Source: Octopus vulgaris
Taxonomy: Eukaryota
NCBI GenBank assembly: GCA_951406725.2
Contig: OX597837.1
Location: forward strand, 13,516,001 to 13,580,000
Direction: 5' to 3'
DNA length: 64,000 bases
In this document: positions 13,401 to 25,987 of the stretch, piece by piece
Layout: every line of letters starts with the position of its first letter
Numbering within the stretch: the first letter of the stretch is position 1
Program-made: the position numbers and the translations under genes
Notes under the pieces: model-generated
The model's database searches: none
What the model was told of the DNA's origin: nothing
What the model saw: only the letters and a program-made list of their open reading frames with translations

Positions 13401-16400
13401 TTTTCCTCCAGCATCATTCTGTATAGTTCCAAGTATGGAAGAGCTTGCCAAAGGTTACTACCACCACCGTTTTTTGTCCAACTAAATAATTAAAAAAAAC
13501 TAAACCTACTCCATGTATTATTCAGTTCCCTTCACAGAATATATATTTTCATTGTTCATTTTCCATTATTTTTATTTTTATCATTTTTATTTCTCTCCAC
13601 AGTTTCATACAAATGCAGCTCAGTTTCTTTGTGATATTGTCCGATTAGGTCGAGAACAACCGTCTCAGATTCAAGAGAGTCCTCAACCATATCCCCTCTT
13701 GGCAACTTTAGAATCGTACGTATACCAGTTTGCAAAATCTAATATTTTATAGCAGTGACTAGTTTCTCAACCAAACCCTGTTTGCGTACCAGTTCACGCT
13801 GCTTCACTGGTTGTGATCACCATTTTCTTAGATAAATATAAATTGCCATTGTTTCTTTCTCTCGTTAGTCCAAATGATCAAACCGATATATGTGACCCAG
13901 TGGAAACACCCCTGGATGAAACAGACGGAAGGAGAGGGACCTATGTCTGGGCTTGCTAATGCTCATTTCACTTGAACGGATTGGAGCAACATGATTAGAA
14001 TTGCCTTGTTACCCTGTCAAGAAATTGAACTCACAGACTTGTGATTTTGAGTTCATTTAATTACTACAAAAAACAATGTAATATTTACTAAATGTCATGT
14101 GTGGATATGTGTATAGATGAACGACTAGCATACATGATGGTATTCTCTTGTAGTCTTCAGAAAGACAGCTCTGCAATTTCTTACTGAAGAACCTGCACGG
14201 ATGATTTGTTTCTAGTGATCATATGTTCCTGCTGTACGTTAAGCTCACTTCCTCCATTAAATTGAACAGGTGTAATAATGTACCACACATCAGGTGTCGA
14301 AGTGAATTCAACAGAGCAACATGATACAAAGCATTTTGCTCATAAACACACCACACTACCCAGTCCAGGAATTGAAACCACGATCTTGCAATCATGAATT
14401 CGATGCCCTAACCACTAGGTTATGCACTCTCACACTACCATATATAAATTAACGATTAATGTATATTGAGTTAGATGAATGACTAACACGTATATAAACT
14501 AATGCCTATAGTTCTCTGGTTTCTTCCACAGATTTGTCTAAACGGCCGTTTTATTTATTTTGCTTTTTTCAGTGAACCTGTTATCGGTCGTTTGTTAAAC
14601 AACATCTTGGACGGAGAAAAGAACGAATCAGTTATCGTCAACGGTCTTCTTGTCGTACAGATTTTGCTTGATATCAAGAAAGTGTAATTTTATTTATATT
14701 TTCCACCTCCCACCCGACCCCCCACTTATCCTCTCACTCGAATCAGTTGCTTTGACCATGTTTATTAACCTTGCATGTCTCAGGTGTCTCCACACCTGTA
14801 ATAAACTAGGGGAAAATGTTGGACGACATATATCCATACACATGTGCATACTCTCTCTCACACACACACACACACACTGTGGCCATGCTGGAGCACCGCC
14901 TTCAGTCAAACAAATCAACTCCCGAGACTTATTCTTTGTAACTCCAATACTTATTCTGTTGGTCTATTTTGCCGAACTGCTAAGTTACAGGAACATGAAC
15001 ACACCAACATCGGTTCAGTCAAATAAATCAACCCCGAGACATTCTTTGTAACTCTAGTACTTATTCTGTTGGTCTGTTTTGCCGAACTGCTAAGTTACAG
15101 GAACATGAACACACCAACATCGGTTGTCAAGCGATGGAGTGGGGTGACAAACACAAATATACAACACACACACACACATGCACACAGTCTTTATTCATGT
15201 ATAAATCACACTATTTTGGAGTCGGTTTTAACTATAAAAAAAAAAAAAAAAAGGGTGCTACTTGTGCTTAGGGCAAAGCTAAAACTATAGTTACAGGTTC
15301 AGCTGCCCTGCACAGCACCTTGGGTATATATCTATTTCTTTATTACCCACAGAGGGCTAAACACAGAGGGGACAAACAAGGACAGACATAGGTATTAAGT
15401 CGATTACATCGACCCCAGTGCGTAACTGGTACTTAATTTATCGACCCCGAAAGGATGAAAGGTAAAGTCGACCTCGGCGGAATTTGAACTCACAACGTAA
15501 CGCAGACGAAATACCACTAAGCATTTCGCCCGGCGTGCTACAGGTTCAGCTGCCCTCCACAGCACCTTGGGCTTTTATCTTTTACTTATAGCCCCAGGGC
15601 TGACCAATGCCTTATGAGTGAATTTGGCAGATGGAAACTATGTTCTAGCCCATTGCATACACACACATTTGTCTCTTCGTGCCTTGCCTGTATTTGTCCC
15701 CTTTACCATGTGACAAATGGTGCTGGTTTTTCATATCCCTATAACTTAGCAGTTTGTCGAAAGAGACTGATAGAATAAGTACCAAAACTTTTTTTTAAAA
15801 CTGAGGTCGATCTGTTTGTAGATGCATGTTTTTTTTGTTTTTTTTTAAGGATATGATGTGAATTTTTAAAAGCTGCTGTTTTTACCGTTTTTAGTGACTT
15901 TTGAAAATACTTTATTGTATTCTCTTGTCTTTCCTTGTAGATATGAAGGAGAAGTGGACCAGAGATCTAGTTTAGAAATTGAAAATATAACACAAGGTGT
16001 CAACCATGTTCTGTATGCTATAACTCCCAGAATAAAGGACTTCCATTCACTTTTATTAAATCCACCTAAGGTGAGTGTCACTTAAAGCTTGTCACTTAAA
16101 GCTGTCCATATCATGATGACTATTGATAAACAGTTCTAACCATCTATCGGATTGATTTCCTTCACGTCTTGTCTTGTAGGGAATCTTTGATTTATTTCCA
16201 GAATCTGTGGCATTTCAGATTAGTTGTGTGGTTCAGAAGTTTGCTTCTCAACCACATGGTTTTCAGTTCATTTCCACTGCATGGCACCTTAGGCAAGTCA
16301 CTTTGGTCAAGTGTCTTCTACTATGACCTTGGGCCAGCCGAAGACTTGTGAGTGAAGTTGGTCAATGGAAACTGAAAGAAGCCTGTTGTGTGTGTGTGTG

Positions 16401-16700
16401 TGTGTTTACCTTTGTCTAGCTATCACATAATGGATGTAAATAGGCATCATCATCATCATTACTAGCAAGGGTTGTTTATTTGTCGTCTTCCAAGAAAAAC
16501 ATGTCTGGCCATGGGGGAAATATTACCTTGCTTAGAAACAGTTGAGGGTTAATGGCAGGAAGGGCATCCAGCTGTAAAAAATTTGCCTCAACAAATCCTA
16601 TCCAATCCATGCTGGCATGGAAAACTGAATGATGATGAGTTAGTGCCAATGTGATTTGCTATTACACATTTGTTGAAATAAGCAAGCGAACTATAATGAC

Positions 16701-16734
<34 letters not shown>

Positions 16735-19700
16735 GGTTCATGTCTTAGTGGCTAGGGTGTTCAGCTCATGTTCATAAGGTTGTGAGTTCAATTCCCAGTG
16801 GCATGTTGTGTCCTTGAGCAAGACACTTTATTTCACATTACTCCTGTCCACTCTGGCATGTTGTGTCCTTGAGCAAGACACTTTATTTCACATTACTCCT
16901 GTCCAGCTGGCAAAAAATGAGCTGCATCAGTAGCGCAAAGGGGCCAGTCTTGTCACACTCTGTGTCACACTGAATCTCCCCGAGAACTACATTAAGGGTG
17001 CACGTGTCTGTGGAGTACTCAGCCACTTGCATATTAGTTTCACAAGCAGGCTCCTCTTTTGATTGGATCGACTGGAACACTTTTTGTCATAACCCAGTGG
17101 CACATAAAAAGCACCATCCGATTCATGGCCGTTGCCAGCTTCATCTGGTCTCCGTGCCGGTGGCACGTAAAAAGCACCCACTACACTCATGGAGTGATTG
17201 GCATTAGGAAGGGCATCCAGCTGTAGAAACACTGCCAGATCAGACTGGGCCTGGTGCAGCCTTCTGGCTTCCCAGACCCCAGTTGAACCGTCCAACCCAT
17301 GCTAGCATGGAAAGCGGACGTTAAACGATGATGATGATGATGATGATGATGATCAGAGTGATAGGAAGAAGAAATGTGTGTGTGTTTAGCCAATATAAAA
17401 TTATTCCTGTTGATGATCTGGTGCTGTTCTATATAATTTCCCTTTTTTTTTCTTTTTCTTTTCTTCTTCTTTTTAGCCCCGGTACTGTGCTATGCCAACA
17501 ACTATTGGTATACTCGAACCACCTCTGGGAAATACTAGGTTACAAATAACAAAATTGATCACTGCTTTAATTCAGACCAATTCTCATGAGGTCAATGTAG
17601 AATTGGCAAATTCTGGGACCATTGGTGTAATGTTGGTAAGTAACGCTTTACCTGTGCGATTGCATCTCCTCACTTCTCTTACGCAGCATCTGTTTTCTCT
17701 TAGATTTTACCATTTCTTCTTTCAGGATTTATATTTCAAATATATATGGAACAATTTCTTACATAGTCAAGTAGAGCAATGCATATATTTAATACTTAAC
17801 AACTCACCTACAGAAATCGATAACAGAAAGGAACATCCTCTTTTAGAACAAGTGAGTAGATTTAATTTAAAAAAAAAAAGTTTTTGTGATTTTTTTGTTT
17901 GTTTGCACTTTGTTTGCATTGAAATATCCAGTGCCAGAAGTTTTCACAAGGTGACCTCATATCATGGCCTTGCATGTGGAGTCCAGTTAAGAATTTTCTT
18001 CAGGTCAAGTTACCCATCTCACTCAAGAGGTCCTTGAATAAGGGTTGTCTAAGGATGATGAACAAAACACCCATGTTTCCAGGAGTTAATTATTCTAACT
18101 CCAAACAATCCCTGCTCAACACTTGGCTATCATGCTCCCCCACTACTCCCACATGTGAGGTAGATTATTCCATGCCCTTCATGTTGTCACACCTGTTTCT
18201 AAAATTTCTCCATGGCTAGATATGTTTACACATATTATTGGAAATGAATGATACACACCCACATGCACATGTTTACATATATGATGGGCTTCTTTCAGTT
18301 TCCATCTACCTGATCCATTTACAAAGCTTATTCAAGGTACCATCTAGCAGGGCTGAACCCCAAAAAATGTTTCATTTCTATTGAATTATCATCCTAATAA
18401 TAATGATGATGGTTTCAAATTTTGGCGAGAGGACAGCAATTTCAGGGTGGGGTTAGACTGACTGCTGCTAAGCATTTTGCCCTGAATTTCAGCACAGGGC
18501 CTAACAATTTTGAAGGGTGTTCAGCTGGTACGTTATTTCATCAACTCCAAAAGGATTTTATTATTATTTATAATCACTGTTCTATTAATTAGTAAGCTAA
18601 TCAAATAATAAAAACCTTGCCAGTTCTGTATGAAATCATAATTTACTCCTTTTTTGTTTTATATTCAGATATTTATTAAATGTAATTTGATACAGAGAAT
18701 TCTAGATTCATGGGAAGAAAATGACCAATACGAGTAAGTGACCTTCAAATATTTTCTTTTTTGTATTTTGCTTTATGTTATTATAATCATCATCATCATT
18801 GTTTAACGTCCGTTTTCCGCGCTAGCACGGGTTGGACGGTTCGACTGGGGTCTGGGAAGCCAGGGGCTGCACCAGGCTCCAGTCTGATCTGGCAGTGTTT
18901 CTACAGCTGGATGCCCTTCCTAACGCCATCCACTCCGCGAGTGTAGTGGGTGCTTTTTACGTGCCAGGGGAGCCTGGCATCGGCCACGATCGGTTGGTGC
19001 TTTTAATGTGCCACCGGCACGGAAGCCAGTCAAGGCGGCGCTGGCATCAGCCACGTTCGGATGCTGCTTTTTATGTGCCACCGGCACGGAAGCCAGTCGA
19101 GGCAGTGCTGGCATCGTTTGCATGAAACATGGCAAGCTGGCTGAATCGTGTATCAGACGAAATGCTTGGTGACATTTCTTCTGGCTCTTTATGTTCTGTG
19201 TTCAAATCCAACCAAAGCCAACTTTGTCTTTCATTAGTTTGGTCAGTAAAATAAAGTACCATCAAGTACACAGAAAATACTGGCCTTAACCACTGCTGCA
19301 AACTGGCATCCTGTTCAAGTGAATGTTGGTATCTTGGTCATCATCATCATCGTTTAACGTCCACTTTCCATGCTAGCATGGGTTGGACGATTTGACTGAG
19401 GTCTGGCGAACCAGACTCCAGTTTGATTTGGAATGTTTTTCTACGGATGGATGCCCTTCCTAACGCCAACCACTCTGAGAGTGTAGTGGGTGCTTTTACG
19501 TGCCAGGAAGGTGTGATAGTCATAAATGAGTATTACTGTCACAAAAGCAGTGTCATGCATTTCCAATGTTCTGTGAGAACATGTCTGGCTAAATATTATC
19601 TTGCATGAAAACAGATAAGGGGAAGGGCATTTGGCCATAGAAGCTCTGCTTTAAATATACTCCATACGACTCCTGCAGTCATGGAAAAGTGGACATTAGA

Positions 19701-22700
19701 TGATGATGTTTAATCATTGCATGATTTTGGATATTATATGGAATAAGTGATACAAATATTTGGCTTCACAGAAGAGAATCATTGAGTTTAGGTGCATGAA
19801 ACTGTGTTAAGTCATAGACTCTTTCCAACTCAGAACAGCAAGGAAAATGACATGAAATGAGAGAAAAATGAAAATGTTGAAATCTCAAAATGATACATGT
19901 TATTTTTTTAATATTTTTTTTTGCAGACATCGTATTGGAGGTAGACGTCGAGGATACATGGGACATTTAACTAAAATAGCAAATCACATTACTGAATGTA
20001 TAGAAAAAGGAGAAAACAGCGAATTAATTAAAGAATACTTAAAAGGTAAGGGCTATTATTAAATTTTCTACTTTTGACAAATTTGAATGTTTTCACTTGA
20101 ATCACAGTCAATATTAATATTAATATAGTTGTCATTATCATCGTTTAACGTCTGTTTTCCATGCTGGCATGGGTTGGACAGTTTGACTGAGGTATGCCAG
20201 CATGGAAAATGGACGTTAAATGACGATGATGATGATGATAACTACATTAATATTGACTGTGAATGAGATTTTGGTGAATTTAAGACTATTTATTTTAACA
20301 TGTATCTACATGTGGGGGCCAAGCTGGGCAAAATGCTTAGTGATATTTCATCTGTCCTTACATTCTGAGTTCAAGTTCCAGCAAGGCCATCTTTGCCTTT
20401 TTTCCTTTCAGCGTTGATAAAATAAGTACCAGTTGCATAATTATGCAAACGGTTGCACAAACAAATACAAACTTCCATAATTATATATTTACATATTAAC
20501 GAATGCTATTTGTATTTCAGAGATTCCAGAAGAATATAGAAATAAATGGACGACTTTTGTTTCTTCGACACTTGCTGAGACCAACAAACAAAATACAATT
20601 GAATTGGTATGTATTAGTCACTCAGTCTTGTGTATTTGGTTTAGATGTATTTAGGTGTGTGTTAGGCTCAACTTTTGAGGATGATATAGAAGACACCTGT
20701 CCAAGAACCCTGAGTTTCATGGCTAAGAGACAAACTTCATTACCTCTCAGACTTGTCTGCGCTCATACATATGTGTAAATATAGATTAAAAAGAAAAATA
20801 TATACAGGGTGTCCATAAATTACCTTTACAATAAATACAATAAAATTGTAGAAGTTGTAAAGATTATTTATGAACACCCTGTACATCAGATATGTTGTTC
20901 GTAGTGTTCTGGTTAACAAGAACTAAGTCTGTTGGACTTTACTGTCTTAAGTCCTAGAATTCACAGGGCCAGGTACCTGGTTTCCATGGCGCATAAATGA
21001 CCAAAATCACAACATTTTCCTCCAAATCGGATGCCAGTTCACTGCAGGGTTATTCATTTACAGCTGAGTGGACTGAGGCAACACGAAAGGAAGTGTTTTA
21101 CTAAAGAGCACAATGCAGTATCTGGCTAGGGATTGAAACCACGATCTTGTGATTGTGAGTACCACCCGTTAGCCACCAAGCCACACACGTTTGCTGTTTA
21201 GGTTAGGAAATGAGTAATTTGTTTCATCATCATTGTTTAACGTCCGTTCTCCATGCTAGCATGGGTTGGACGGTTCAACCGGTATCTGGGAAGCCAGAAG
21301 GCTGCACCAGGCTCCAGTCTGATCTGGCAGTGTTTCTACAGCTGGATGCCCTTCCTAACGCCAACCACTCTGTGCATGTAGTAGGTGCTTTTTACGTACC
21401 ACCGGCACAGGTGCCAGAGGAGGCTGGCAACGGCCACGATCGGTTGGAGCTTTTTACGTGCTACCGGCACGGAAGCCAGTCAAGGCGGTGCTGGCATCAA
21501 CCACGTACGGATGGTGCTTTTTATGTACCACCAGCACAGGTGCCAGGGTAGGCTGGCAACGGTTTATAAATGATATTATAGAAGCGTGCATACATGTAAA
21601 AGAATTGCTTAGTTGCAAGTACTTATATTATGTGTGTGTGTTTTTGTGATTTGTAGGTTCAAGGTCATCCACTCCATTCAAGTAGTGAAGACGATGACAC
21701 TGACTTCAGAGATTTGCCTTTTAACCAAGATGCAGTCATGCAACAAGTAAGTCCACCTCTTTCTGCTTTTTTCCGTTTCCTTTTTAGACCCAAATATTCC
21801 GAGTAATTACGGTTTCCATCTCTTTGCTTTAAACTTCTGTTGAAATTAAAACACAATTCTTCAGATAGAAATGTTTAACCCCCACCCGCTCCTTATAACT
21901 CTTATATTCAGTTAAATTCTTTTTCATTGTGGTGGTCGTGACAGGATATCTTGGAGGAACTTAAATGAGGCGGGTATAAAGATGTGTAAACTAAGTGCTA
22001 TACTGGATTGAGTATTGGGATTGGTATGAACGACTAAAACTGCTTGAAGGTCATATCTCAATATGATCACAGTCCAGATACTGAAACCTTCATGGCTAAT
22101 TTATGGGTAGTAAATTTCCTGTTTTTTTTTTTTTTTTTTTTTTTTAACTATTAAGGTAAAAAATCCTTGCTTTCCTGTATGAGGGGGACACCTTTGTAAT
22201 TGATGTGAAACCTTGATAAGGAGACACGAGGACTTTCACACACACACATAATGGACTTTTAAATTCTGCCTACCAAATCTTCTTACAAAGCTTTGGTCAG
22301 CCTGAGGCTGTAGCTGAAAATTCTTGCCCAAAGTGTCTTGCAATGGGATTGAACCTAAAACCACATAGATGGGAAACAAGCTAATTAACCACACAGGCAT
22401 GCCTCGTGTGGTTTTCTGCCTTATTTAACTGTTTCTTGTTTGTATTACAGTTTATTCAATATTTCGTATTGTATTAAAACTGTTATGTATTCTATTCTCA
22501 AGTAAGTAATGTTTTAATAATGCATATATTTTGTACAGAAAATTTTTAGAGAAATGTTGATCAACTTTCCCAACTGCTTTAAATCTTATCCATTAGAGGT
22601 GTTTCGTTGTGAATGTCTTAAAAATCTGCTTTGGAGTTAGCTTATTCCGTTACTCAGGTTTATGGAATTGTGAAGGAAATTCTTTGAAGAACTATGTGCA

Positions 22701-25700
22701 GTGAATGGATGGTTGGCTCTGCCTAAGTGCCAGGCTTTAATACTTTGCTGTATTTATGTGTTTATGTCTAGAATTCAGTTCTCCCCAGAGTCAGCATTGC
22801 CTTTCTACATTCAGACAGAAACCCTAATTATTTATAATTATTCTCACATTAGTTTTCTCATCTTCTCTCTTCTAACCACTTTCTTCTGATGCTTGTCATC
22901 GACATTGCTTTTTTTTCAGAAACCCAACTATTCTCAAGTAAGTAGTGGACACTTGTCTCACCACGTTAATGGTCTTGCTGCCCTCAGATCTGTCTAATGT
23001 CATGTTATTATTGCTGGTAAAGTGGAGGGCAGGCTATATTATCAATTATCCTAGTCTCATAGCTTGTACTTTCCACATGACTCTCAACCATCATCACTCA
23101 TGTCACTGTGTGTTCACTTACTTCCAAACCTCCTCCCCAGCTCCCTTATTTTTTTCCATATTCAGTTGTTGCACTAGTTACTGTTTTCGTTTTGACTGAT
23201 TTTAGTGTTTAGTAAATTGGGGTGAATCTGTGTTGTCCCACACAGTCCTGTGCACACGAAGGTTTATAAAGAGGTCTGTATACGAAAATATATTTCATTC
23301 TTTACAGCATATTACTCATATTTAGACAGGCCCCATGATAATTATATATATATGTATGTATGAGTGTGTGTGTGTGTGTGTGTATACACACAACACACAC
23401 ACATATGCATATATAAAGAAAACAAGATGACAAAGGAATAAACAATTATGAACTTCATTAGCTTACAGCTGTTTCTGCTATAAGATGCAGTGGACTCAGG
23501 TGAGTGCCTGAGTAACACCTTAATGCTTCATCAGAGCCTCTAAAATATGGCTTAGTGGTTAGAGTATTCAGCTCACGATGGTAAGGTTGTGGATTTAATA
23601 CCCAATAATGTGTTGTGTCCTTGAGCAAGACACTTCATATTGCTCCAGTCTACGGAACTGGTAAAATGAGTAGTGCTGTACCTGTAATTCAAAGGGGGCC
23701 AGCCTTGTCACATTCTTTGTCACACTGAATCTCTCTCTGACAACGACATTAAGGACACATGTTTCTGTGGAGTGCTCAGCCACTTGCACGTTAATTTCAC
23801 GAGCAGGCTTTTCCGTTGATCGGATCAGCTGGGACCCTTGTCCCCGTAACTGACAGAGTGCCAGTTATACAATCAATAAGGGGCCAAGCTGGTAGAATCA
23901 TGCGTTGGACGAAGGGCTTAGCAGCATTCCTTCCAACCCTTTTGGTTCTAAGTTCAAATACTGCCAAGGCCGACTTTGCCTTTCACCCTTTTGGGATCAA
24001 TAAAATAAAAGTACCAGTCTTGTACTGGGGTCAGTGTAATCAATCCCTCGTTCAAATCACTGGTCTTAGGTACTGATTAGAAAGAATTGTTATAAGGCCA
24101 AGTATTTTGGCAAACCAAGGCAAAGCAAGAACTGTGCCACCAGTTTTGAGTTTATATAGCTTCTTCCCAGCAGGCATAAGTGTAATTCTCATTTGGTATT
24201 GTGATTGTATCATGGAAGTTACTGGTAATGAAAATTTATTGTATTGTTGATATAGTTCTGAAAATAATTAGATGAGATATGGAATGTCTTGCAGTATAAT
24301 TATTAAGCTGTTTATCTGTGTAAAAATTTGTTCAATGTTGATGACATTAATATATTCACAATATAGTTTAGATTTTGCTGTCAAATACTTTATAATGCCA
24401 AATCATTTTGGCAAGCCAGAGGGTAACAGCTCAGCCACCAGTTTTAGTGATATCTTCAACATCAGCTTGAAATCTAGTGACCATCTGCGGAATGTAGTAT
24501 AGAGCTGTATTTGAGGTTTTATGATTCATGCTGTTATTTTTACAAGACTAAATACGTTTTTTTTTAAATAACCAACTTAATGTCAATGCATCACCGAAAG
24601 GTAATTTACTGTGGTATTTATCTAGAGATAACATCTCTTATGGACATGCTGTGTTTAAAAAACATAATAGTGGAGGGGAATATAAATCACCCCAGCAGTG
24701 GCTAGTGGGAACACCAGGTGCATTTTGGCCGTGTTGGGTTTTATCAATGGCAAGTACTCACACCCAGGGACATGCTTAGAGGAGATTTGTCACATCCAAT
24801 ATCTAGGAAACAATGAACAAACATTCACTAGTATTGCATTCTTGCTGGCCCTACTGGAGCAATTTTCATATCTCTGGATGAATCCTGCAGTAAAGTGCCT
24901 TTCAACATGGTATATACTTTAAGTATGATACATAGAGGGCTATTTTAATTTAATGCTGCTTCTATTATATATGAAATGTTGTTTTGAAGCATATTTTATA
25001 GGCATTAGATATGCATATCATTAAATGATTACAGTAGCAAAATTTACCTACTTAAAATACATTAACAATATTTGATCATGATTTAGCTTTTTTGTAAGTG
25101 TTTTTTTCATACTTTTGAAAGTTAAAGCTCAGGGGTTTGTTAATGATGATAAATAGAGGGAACTACTTAAATAGGGTCTGTTGTAACTTTGTGCCCTGCA
25201 AGAATCTAATGGCTTGGTTTATTGATAACACTGGGGGGCTGGTTTGTACCTATAAAATGCAGTGCTAGGAAAACTATTCTTTGTCCTGCACTACATTCAT
25301 AACCATGGCACATGGGGCTGTTCCAGACAATTTGTCTGGAAGCTGGTTATGTTGCTGGATCTATGACGTGTTCGAGAGTTGCTTCATGCATTGTCGAGTC
25401 TTGTTAGACAAAGCAGCTTGCTCTGCCACTCTAGAAAATACATCTGAAAAGAAGTGGTTAAGGCAGGCCTGAGGAAGCTGAACATATTTTTCAGATCTGT
25501 GCAACATGGGGCTTGCATTAAAAAAGACCAAAAACAAAAAAAAAAAACAGTCATAAAAACCAATACAGCTCATTAGTTTATGAAGGTCTTGTATAGGTCT
25601 TTATATTTGCTGGCATTTCCAGCTGATTTGGGATCATAGATGGGGTATGCTGTTTTCTAGAGAGAGAGAAATAGAGGTTACTTGTTTTATTGAGAGAGGG

Positions 25701-25956
25701 AAATAAGATAGAAATGTGGTCAGGCTGGAGCATCTTTTGGATGTATCATAACGTTTATTGTAGCCAGGTGTTTATTTCAAGAACAAAGGCTGCATGACCT
25801 TGTTCCATCAAAATACAAACTGTTTGGATAAAGAGGAAATACAGAAGATTGCTAAGCTAACGGCATGGCCACAGTTTAAAAATTTGCTCTAGTCAAATAT
25901 TAAGATGTACTCTTGAGACTATCAGTGTCATGTTACTAATAGAATGTTATACAACT

Positions 25957-25987
<31 letters not shown>

